A DNA stretch of 32,000 bases, from assembly GCF_000020025.1 (NCBI RefSeq), contig NC_010630.1, forward strand, positions 90,001-122,000, read 5' to 3'. Both the position numbers and the translations under genes were made by a program. Source of the DNA: Nostoc punctiforme PCC 73102 (GTDB lineage: Bacteria; Cyanobacteriota; Cyanobacteriia; Cyanobacteriales; Nostocaceae). This document shows, piece after piece, positions 19,898 through 27,100 of this stretch (positions are counted from its first letter, which is position 1; each line of letters begins with the position of its first letter). The notes beneath the pieces were generated by a model. That model saw only the letters and a list, made by a program, of their open reading frames with translations, was not told the DNA's origin and searched no databases.

Positions 19898-20086
19898 GAG
19901 CAAGAAGGGTCACTCGCTCTACCACAGAGCGAATTTGGTTTGGATGTGATTGCTTATATAGGAGCGTTACGATACCAGGAACATAGAAGTGTTCCCCAAA
20001 TACACACTCACCTTGAATTAAAGGGTATATGTATAAGTCAAAGAACGGTCACGCACCTAATTGACAGATATGACGAATTACTTTCT
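19898..20086 (+). pseudogene. Internal fragment of a zinc-ribbon IS transposase (the part that should follow the 17244-17465 fragment)
   Basis: Plus-strand translation EQEGSLALPQSEFGLDVIAYIGALRYQEHRSVPQIHTHLELKGICISQRTVTHLIDRYDELLS (HTH-like). There is no start codon. Coding sense begins at 19898 and is lost at ~20086, where the TGTGATTTGAATCA block starts. Confidence 0.5.
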
Positions 20087-20205
20087 TGTGATTTGAATCA
20101 TAAAATAAACTTTTAGCTCACAATATGCTTCAGAAAGCATTAACCATTTTATGCTTCAAAAATCGGCGAAAAAGTAGAAGACATGTTCCATGTAATACAC
20201 AGTTA
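20087..20205. repeat. Candidate tns-distal end of the minus-strand Tn7-like element (terminal TGTG plus repeated ATGCTTCA sites)
   Basis: TGTGATTTGAATCA starts at 20087, exactly where the IS transposase fragment loses sense. ATGCTTCA occurs at 20125-20132 and 20151-20158, both in the same orientation. An inverted copy lies next to tnsAB at 27178-27185. Terminus not proven. Confidence 0.4.
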
Positions 20206-20286
20206 AGGGGTTAGATTTGGCAAAGCTGTCATGAAGTACAAACTAAACTGTTTAGTTTAAATATCAAGCATCACCATCTAAAGCCC

Positions 20287-20700
20287 TTAAATAGATACAG
20301 TTAAGATTTTAAACAACCAGTCTTCTAGAGGTACGCCGAATTCTTCTGGAATCTGTTGTTGTATCTTGGTGTATTGAACCTGATTCCAATATGCAGGATT
20401 AAATATACTGTGCGGAACTTCTACATCAACTAATTGTGGATTTTCCATAACACGACACCACATTCTGGCTCGATAATCAATTGTGAGGTTCCCAAAAGGT
20501 AACTCAATCCAATAATGCGGTGACACTTGACCATGCCCAACCCATCGGAACGAACCGTACCAAATTAGATGTTCAATACCCTCATTAAATAAAATAGTAG
20601 AGAGAACTTTGCTATGCCCATCACACTCCGTTGGGGAATTATTCCAAACACCTAATTCTTCACGTAGCTGCTCAATAAAATCATTATTCATTCCAAGCAT
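20287..20700 (-). CDS. Small hypothetical protein, possible transglutaminase-like / papain-fold cysteine peptidase core
   Basis: 137-aa ATG ORF. The spacing TECDGHSKVLSTILFNEGIEHLIWYG...SPHYWIELPFGNLTIDYRA fits the Cys...His(aromatic-x-E)...Asp pattern of transglutaminase-like cores. The assignment is by eye only. Confidence 0.55.
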   Translation of the reverse strand: MLGMNNDFIEQLREELGVWNNSPTECDGHSKVLSTILFNEGIEHLIWYGSFRWVGHGQVSPHYWIELPFGNLTIDYRARMWCRVMENPQLVDVEVPHSIFNPAYWNQVQYTKIQQQIPEEFGVPLEDWLFKILTVSI

Positions 20701-20812
20701 ATTTATTCTCCAATAGTACTTTCAATTTGCGAACTGTATTGATTGTCATATCAGCTTGTGTTGCTGTTTGACGCAATAATAATTTCTCATCAAGTGCTGC
20801 AATTACTCCTTG

Positions 20813-21781
20813 TTAAGCACGTTCTTCTTCAATTTCTTCAATTAACTGCTCAATCCAACTAGGTTTACCTGCTAGAATATCTACTTCAAACTCTGATAAC
20901 TGCTTTTTTTTCATCCGCCGCAAATCTCGCAATGCAGCAGTCGCATCTTCCGGGTTGTCAAATTTGTAATATTCAGTCAAACTCCCAATAGAGCAATTGT
21001 AGTCAGCATATCTATATTTAAAATATTTCTCTACATTCCCTCGATGCGACCAGTGTCCTAAAACTTTGATTGAAACATGAGAAAAATGTTTGACCAAATC
21101 AGTTTGAACTTCAGCTACGCGTGCTTGTATTTCCCGCCTAGTCACACCAATTTTATAAAATGTTTCTTTATCAGTATCAATTTGAAGGTAATACAGAGTA
21201 TTCGATAAAATTTTCTTTAATTCGGCGCGATATATTTGCAGATCCCAAAGACATTCATGAAAATTTGATGCATCATCAAGATAAGCAACTTGAACTTTTT
21301 TCTCTAACTGCTGCAACTTCTCCCACAATATTGATTCTTGCACTTGGTTGAACAGCATTAACGATAATGCACCAACAGGTATCTTACCTAGCTTGGTAAA
21401 CTGGTATTCTCCATAGAGACGGTATTCATTGTACTCTAACAATTTTTCTTTAATAAAAATTGAGTTAATTTTACTCTCATAAATACCTTTGTTCTTCCAT
21501 CCGTATCGATTCCAAAGGGTCTTGATCTGTTGGAGTTCTTTACCTGTTAGACATATATTGAAGTTATTGTATAAAGGTAAAGTAGGAATTTCACGTTCAC
21601 TGCGATTAGCTACTTCTCTGCAAGTAAAGTTAGTGTGTGCGAAGTGGTGTTCTTTACGATTTCCCTTTTTCGCCGTCAACTCACCACCACAGTAGGGACA
21701 CTTTAACTGAGTTCTCCCTCGTAGAACATCTTCAATCGGTACTAAGATCAAATCTAGGTCAACACCATACCTGAGCCACAT
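20813..21781 (-). CDS. CoiA-like zinc-ribbon N-domain fused to a T5orf172 / GIY-YIG-superfamily nuclease-like C-domain
   Basis: 322-aa ATG ORF. N-terminus LKCPYCGGELTAKKGNRKEHHFAHTNFTC matches the CoiA-type CPxC...K.G..R..HFAH motif. C-terminus FYKIGVTRREIQARVAEVQ...GNVEKYFKYRYADYNCSIGSLTEYYKF matches the T5orf172 pattern (YKIGxT, R, E..h, xEwF). Confidence 0.8.
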   Translation of the reverse strand: MWLRYGVDLDLILVPIEDVLRGRTQLKCPYCGGELTAKKGNRKEHHFAHTNFTCREVANRSEREIPTLPLYNNFNICLTGKELQQIKTLWNRYGWKNKGIYESKINSIFIKEKLLEYNEYRLYGEYQFTKLGKIPVGALSLMLFNQVQESILWEKLQQLEKKVQVAYLDDASNFHECLWDLQIYRAELKKILSNTLYYLQIDTDKETFYKIGVTRREIQARVAEVQTDLVKHFSHVSIKVLGHWSHRGNVEKYFKYRYADYNCSIGSLTEYYKFDNPEDATAALRDLRRMKKKQLSEFEVDILAGKPSWIEQLIEEIEEERA

Positions 21782-22093
21782 TTGGGAATACCTTTTATTT
21801 GATACACCAGGAAAGGTAGGCTTGAAAAGCGCGTAATGATATTTTACTGTATCAAAAAAAGCTGCTGTAAAATAAATAATTCTTAAGGAATTTATCTTAA
21901 AAAGAAATACGTTTAAATTCCCAAATTAACATTGTCCAGTCATAACCATCAGAATCAACTACACTAATGTACCATCTAAAAGAGGCTGTATACCTCTTTA
22001 ATGCCATTGACTTAACTAACATATTCTCTTCATCAGTAGCGTCGGAGCTATGACCTGCTTGAATTAAATCACCAACTCTAGTAATTTCATATA

Positions 22094-22372
22094 TTAATCA
22101 AGTGTTGAATAATCAGAAAGTTCTGTTGTTTCTAACTCACTTAAAAAGCCAGTTAATGCAAATGGACATTTACAACTAAGCTCTTTTTCTAAAAAATCAG
22201 CATTTAAGTGATATTCAAAACACACAGTATCAAAAATATCCTCAGTAGTTAATTCTAGATTTTCATCTAATTCCACTATTCGTGCTTCTATTAAGTAAAT
22301 TAGCTCTTTACTAGAGAAGTAAGTTTTGATTGTAGAAGTAATTATTAGATGATTTATTTTAGTAACTATCAT
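22094..22372 (-). CDS. Hypothetical acidic 92-aa protein, no recognisable domain
   Basis: ATG ORF in the same orientation and 31 nt downstream of the 138-aa ORF. Very AT-rich. No motif recognised. Confidence 0.45.
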   Translation of the reverse strand: MIVTKINHLIITSTIKTYFSSKELIYLIEARIVELDENLELTTEDIFDTVCFEYHLNADFLEKELSCKCPFALTGFLSELETTELSDYSTLD

Positions 22373-22403
22373 TTTAACTCTCCGATGATTTTAAACATAA
22401 TCT

Positions 22404-22820
22404 TCAAATTGGTAAATGCTGTTGTAAGATTGGGTGCAAAGAAGCAGCAATTGCCTCAAACTTATCACCATCTGGATAGGGACGAAGAATTTCCTCACCG
22501 TCTTCGTTCAACCACTCTTGTCGTATTGGAGTGTACTCAAGCGATAGAATTGCAGTTCTCCACCAGCCAGATAATGCTAAATGTTCCCCAGACCAAAATA
22601 GCCGGAAATCAACCTTCTTATTTCGATAAACTTCACTAATAGGATTAGAATAAGGACGGTTTTTAGGATCAAAAGTCTCAGTAAAATAGCCTTGAAAATC
22701 AATTACTAAAAAATCTTTTTTAATTTCTGCTGTTAATTTAAAACGAGAGTGTAGATAATGAGCAGATAAAATTTTAGCGGCTGCTAATTCAAATTCTATA
22801 GGTAAAGTAGATAAACTCAT
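22404..22820 (-). CDS. Hypothetical 138-aa protein occupying the position normally held by tniQ/tnsD; no Cys, no recognisable domain
   Basis: ATG ORF with AAGGA 12 nt upstream, 90 nt downstream of tnsC on the same strand. It has no zinc-finger cysteines or TniQ N-terminal motif. Confidence 0.6.
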   Translation of the reverse strand: MSLSTLPIEFELAAAKILSAHYLHSRFKLTAEIKKDFLVIDFQGYFTETFDPKNRPYSNPISEVYRNKKVDFRLFWSGEHLALSGWWRTAILSLEYTPIRQEWLNEDGEEILRPYPDGDKFEAIAASLHPILQQHLPI

Positions 22821-22910
22821 TAATTAATAATTTCCTTGAATACCGATGCGAACATTATTGAAAAATTGATACCCTTGATAAAAACTGTTTACTACTGAAT
22901 TTTTTGATGT

Positions 22911-24383
22911 TCACTCAAGTCCAACAGTGTCTCGTTTGGGTTTGCGTTGCCCAACACGTTGGGAAGACTTTTTAGGCATTTTCTGTTTAGTTGCAGCTTC
23001 ATCATCAATTGTCTTCTGTTCTATTATGGGACTGACAGTAATATTTGTTTCTAGTGGTGTCTCACTAATTGAAGAATCAGTTTGTTTTGTCTTCTTGCGA
23101 GTTTGTTTCTTCTTGGGGACTGGCTCTATAGAAGTTTTGCCTGGTGTAGTAGAAGGCGTTTCATCTATCGTAGAACTGACGGGCTTTTTACGAGTCCGTT
23201 TCGCTTGAGATGGTGGTTTGTCAGATTTCGGAGGCGATGCTACCACATCTGCTGCGCCCTTTGATAAATCCACCGCAGTTTTTGGTACAGATGTAGAACC
23301 CATTCCCATCTGTAGCAAATGCCACAAATGTTCACGGCGACTTTCCATATAAGAGAGTTTTTGTTCTCCCTCAGTGGTATCCAATGCCATACGTTCACAT
23401 TGGGCTAGTGTTAGGGTATGTTCATGCAATCTTTCTAAACTAAGAGTGTCGTGGCCATCATGTGCTACCGCTGCCACAGCCCGTATAAGCCAGTCTTTGA
23501 GTACCCCAACACAACCAATGCAACGTTCATAGAAATAAAGCCAATGCTGCATTAGCTCTCTTACATCAACATTCATCGGTACTTGCATCAGGAGTGCCAA
23601 TAATGCGGCTTGAAAATCCTGACGGTCAAGTTCATTTTGATACAGATAACGCGGAAAATGGATATCTAGTCCCCGCCGGGATGCTTGACCACTTAAATTG
23701 CGGAAATTTAGCAGTTCGTAAGTCCCAATGAGAATGTGTAGCACACCCGTAACGTTGGTCATAGACTTAATCCAGTCCAACTGGTCTAAAAGCTTACCAG
23801 CACTTGCACCAGTCCCAATCTTCATTAAGTGCTGTGCTTCGTCCAAAATCACCGCCCGCACTCCGCGTTTGGTCATCGCTTCTTCTAATGCGTGGCGCAG
23901 TTCGGGAGAATCATTAAACTGCGCTGTTTTAGTCCGGGAGCGTCCTTTCTTCTCCCAAGTCTGCTCCGCATCAATATCTATCAGCATCCGCCGCTCATAG
24001 AATGGTTCTCCCAAAAGCTTTAGCGCAGTGCGGTAATAATCTGCGCGATTAAACACCCCACCGTCAGATGGTCGTGTTTCTAACAGCAATAACGGCATCA
24101 GGGGCTGACTGCCGTTACGATAGCTTAAGGAATTGGATACACCTGGTAACTGTTCGGGTACATTCTCATTTAACCGTTTAGCAATCTGCCGAATCATCGT
24201 TGTTTTACCCACACCGCTTGGCCCATAAACCAACACATGAGCAAATCCGGCGGGTTCTCGAATCGCACGCATCAACAACATATCTACCCGTGCTAACTGG
24301 GGATGTAAAACTGCATACTCCTTAAACTGAGTTAGTTTGAGGTGCATTTGGTCGTTTTGATTAAGGCTCTCCAAATTGTCCAT
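22911..24383 (-). CDS. tnsC: TnsC/TniB-like AAA+ transposition ATPase with a ~125-aa K/P/S/T-rich disordered insert before a conserved C-terminal tail
   Basis: 490 aa. Walker A: YGPSGVGKTT (~24198-24226). Walker B: AVILDEAQHL. Also GVLHILIGTYELLN. It is collinear with the 379-aa plus-strand paralog. The start overlaps the tnsAB stop by 1 nt (TAATG). C-terminus: ...SSQRVGQRKPKRDTVGLE. Confidence 0.9.
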   Translation of the reverse strand: MDNLESLNQNDQMHLKLTQFKEYAVLHPQLARVDMLLMRAIREPAGFAHVLVYGPSGVGKTTMIRQIAKRLNENVPEQLPGVSNSLSYRNGSQPLMPLLLLETRPSDGGVFNRADYYRTALKLLGEPFYERRMLIDIDAEQTWEKKGRSRTKTAQFNDSPELRHALEEAMTKRGVRAVILDEAQHLMKIGTGASAGKLLDQLDWIKSMTNVTGVLHILIGTYELLNFRNLSGQASRRGLDIHFPRYLYQNELDRQDFQAALLALLMQVPMNVDVRELMQHWLYFYERCIGCVGVLKDWLIRAVAAVAHDGHDTLSLERLHEHTLTLAQCERMALDTTEGEQKLSYMESRREHLWHLLQMGMGSTSVPKTAVDLSKGAADVVASPPKSDKPPSQAKRTRKKPVSSTIDETPSTTPGKTSIEPVPKKKQTRKKTKQTDSSISETPLETNITVSPIIEQKTIDDEAATKQKMPKKSSQRVGQRKPKRDTVGLE

Positions 24384-27100
24384 TAACGGTATTCCCCTAG
24401 TATCGGCAGTCGTGTGAGATCCAACAGTTCAATGTTGTTTTGCAGTGCTGGCAATTGTTCGTCATCTTGACTGTGTGCTTCTATCTCCGGCTCAAGAGTG
24501 CTGACTGGGGGAAACTGGGGTACACCTTCCTTATTGAGTGTTAAATTCTCCAGTACCCCAACAGCTTCCAAATCCCGTAATCGTTGCATGAGTAAGATTT
24601 CATGTTCTTGCACCGCCGCGATGAAGTCTGCAAGGCGTTTGGCAGAGATATTTGTACTCACAGCATTACGCTTATCTTGCTGTCTGATTTCTTGGGCAGC
24701 TAATAGCACTTCTTTCTCCGTGCGTCCGGCAAAGGTGCTGTAATACTGGGAGATACATTTGACCCATCTTCCCTCTAAGTACGCATAAGCTACACCCATA
24801 TCAAAAGGGTCATAGCGTACACTGACTTTGGTCTTTTCGACAACCGGATTGCGGAAAGCATCGTTCCAGTAATAAAGATAATTGACTTTAATTCCCTGTC
24901 CCGGCTGAACTTTAGCGTTGCCTTTGGGTGTACTAGGGCGTGTTGCCATGAGAAAGTCTTCGTTGTATGCAATACGTCGGTGTTCCCTCTCCCCTGTGGC
25001 AGCCATTGCGTCAGTATAAACTTGTAATGGTGTCTCACCCAAGGAATCATGTACGCTTGTGTCATAAATGGTGTATGCCCACTCACTCAGGTAGGTATGT
25101 AAAGAAGCTAATGTCCAAACGGCAAGTTGTTTGGGGTCAACAGAAGAAGTGAGTTGACGCGGTTGTTTACTGGCTTGGGTGTTGCCCAGTAAGTTAAAGA
25201 TAAATTCAGTATTAGTTGTTCCGAATAATCGCTCAACTACTGAGCCAAAACGAGGTTTTGCACCAGGACGAGTCTTTTTGATGCAGTGGTAGCGTGCTAA
25301 TAAGGTATCAAAGTAAACGCTATGAAATTCCTTACCGCCATCTACAACTACAGATTGGGGAAAACGACCAAAACGCTGGACGCACAACCGTAGTGCCATC
25401 ATGCAAGACCTGTAACTGGGTGGGTCAAAGGTGAGATAAACTGCTAAGATGCGTCGGGAGTAGGCATCAATCAGTAATGTCAGCCAAGGTCGTCCTAAGT
25501 TCCGACCAGTTACTTGGGAGCGTAATTCGATATCGAGTTGGGTGTGGTCAAGATGACAGATAGCAAAAGGTCTGTCTCCATGCCGGGGTGTAGTTCTAGC
25601 TAGTTCTAAGACAATCGGTTCTGTTGCGTATGCGGCTTTTGCTCCCTGACGTTTTAAAGTCTGCTCATGGATTGGACGCTTTTTTAGCCGAGTATAAAAT
25701 GTGCGCTGACTCAGTGGAGGGATGTTGGCTGTACAGCAGGCTCTTGTATATGCCCGATAAACGGAAGCGGCTGGAGCTTGCCTTGGTGTCTCGAAGTGTT
25801 CTGTAATAAATTTATCTAGTAAAACGCTGGTATCTGTTGGTGCTTTGGATAGGCGATTTCCTCTATTATTTGTACGTGGGAGCAAACCAACATAACCGCA
25901 ACCAAAAGTGGCTTCCGCTTCCCGAAACTGTTTTACCCATCGAGATAAGGTGCTTTGAGGTATGTCCTTCCCTATATCTGTGTGATGCTGGAAATATGCT
26001 TGTACTAAATGAAATCTGCGATTGGCTCTTTGTAGATCCGCAGGCGAGGCGGCATCCATCAATTCACGCACTCCCTCATTGATGGTTGTTTGTTTTTCTG
26101 AGGTGAGAATATTGATAGTGCTACTGTCGAATAATTGCAGAAAAAATGCTGTGGGCAATTGCATTGGTTGCCCGACTGCGGGTAGCAGTGTGGTTGTAGT
26201 CTCGCCCAAGTTAACTAAAGTCCAAAGTTGTGAGTCCCAGACTAATAAGGTATTAGGCAAGAGTGTTGTGGGTGAGGTGATTTTTCGATGATCCCCAGTT
26301 GTCCCTATGGCTAAATATGTATGAGCAGTATGAGTTTGCTCATCTGCCCATAGCTGAACTCGCCAATGTTCCACTAGGGGAACTGCATACAAGTCCACGT
26401 AGAGTTGCTCTGTGGCAATCATGGCGTAAATATCGTTAGCACGCACTCCGGGAATGGTTGCAAGTGTGGCGGCTATAGTTATTCCTGGACTGGCTTTAAC
26501 TGAAGACAGTATTTGTTCTGTAATGGAAAGGGGGACATTGGCGGTGAACCTAAAGTAGTCTTCTAAAAACATTAGGTTCTGGGTGAATATGGGATTTAGT
26601 TCGGTATCGGTGCGAACATGATATTTGAGTCCATAAGATTCGGCGTAAGCTTCTCCTGGTGGGCAATGCCAATGACCAGTTTCAGTTTTTTGGTAGCGTG
26701 AAGGGTATTTTTGGGCTAGTCGTTTTAATTCGGTTTCGGTTTTCCATTCTTCCCAAGCTGCACCTGTCGTCCGCAGTACGAAGAAGTCTGGGGTATGGTA
26801 ATGACCTATATTTCGTCCGTTTTGGTTTTGGTACTGAATTTTAAATGGAGGTGGTTGGTCGTAGAACTCTAACACCTGTGGGTCGTGTTCCATTTGGTAA
26901 ATCGCCCATAGTTCTACTGTGTGGCTCTCAAATTGAATGGTTTGACCCATTTTGCGGCTAGGGTAAACTCCACTGACGTTCTTAGCGCGTCCTTGTACTC
27001 TGCGAGAAGGTGGGGCAGCGCGAATTGCGGCGATTATTAAGAGTATTTGTGCCGTTAGTTGCTGTTGCTTACACCAATGGTCAAATTCATCGTCTGTCAT
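24383..27100 (-). CDS. tnsAB: TnsA-TnsB fusion transposase (N-terminal TnsA-type endonuclease domain + HTH + DDE/RNase-H core + Mu-transposase-type C-domain)
   Basis: 905 aa. TnsA-like catalytic pattern: FESHTVE...YHTPDFFVL...EEWK (E...D...ExK). DDE core: HLDHTQLD, LLIDAYSRRILAVYL, GSVVERLFGTTNTEF. C-domain: VNYLYYWN...VRYDPFDMGVAYAY. Acidic/hydrophobic C-terminal tail: LDLTRLPILGEYR. Confidence 0.9.
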   Translation of the reverse strand: MTDDEFDHWCKQQQLTAQILLIIAAIRAAPPSRRVQGRAKNVSGVYPSRKMGQTIQFESHTVELWAIYQMEHDPQVLEFYDQPPPFKIQYQNQNGRNIGHYHTPDFFVLRTTGAAWEEWKTETELKRLAQKYPSRYQKTETGHWHCPPGEAYAESYGLKYHVRTDTELNPIFTQNLMFLEDYFRFTANVPLSITEQILSSVKASPGITIAATLATIPGVRANDIYAMIATEQLYVDLYAVPLVEHWRVQLWADEQTHTAHTYLAIGTTGDHRKITSPTTLLPNTLLVWDSQLWTLVNLGETTTTLLPAVGQPMQLPTAFFLQLFDSSTINILTSEKQTTINEGVRELMDAASPADLQRANRRFHLVQAYFQHHTDIGKDIPQSTLSRWVKQFREAEATFGCGYVGLLPRTNNRGNRLSKAPTDTSVLLDKFITEHFETPRQAPAASVYRAYTRACCTANIPPLSQRTFYTRLKKRPIHEQTLKRQGAKAAYATEPIVLELARTTPRHGDRPFAICHLDHTQLDIELRSQVTGRNLGRPWLTLLIDAYSRRILAVYLTFDPPSYRSCMMALRLCVQRFGRFPQSVVVDGGKEFHSVYFDTLLARYHCIKKTRPGAKPRFGSVVERLFGTTNTEFIFNLLGNTQASKQPRQLTSSVDPKQLAVWTLASLHTYLSEWAYTIYDTSVHDSLGETPLQVYTDAMAATGEREHRRIAYNEDFLMATRPSTPKGNAKVQPGQGIKVNYLYYWNDAFRNPVVEKTKVSVRYDPFDMGVAYAYLEGRWVKCISQYYSTFAGRTEKEVLLAAQEIRQQDKRNAVSTNISAKRLADFIAAVQEHEILLMQRLRDLEAVGVLENLTLNKEGVPQFPPVSTLEPEIEAHSQDDEQLPALQNNIELLDLTRLPILGEYR

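Noticed and set aside
20701-20812. Frame continuing in phase after the nuclease gene's TAA (QGVIAALDEKLLLRQTATQADMTINTVRKLKVLLENKYAWNE), considered as an HTH-like peptide, a small antitoxin-like ORF or a readthrough extension.
   Set aside because: There is no usable start codon before the internal ATG, which would give about 20 aa. The HTH resemblance is weak and rests on fewer than 25 residues.
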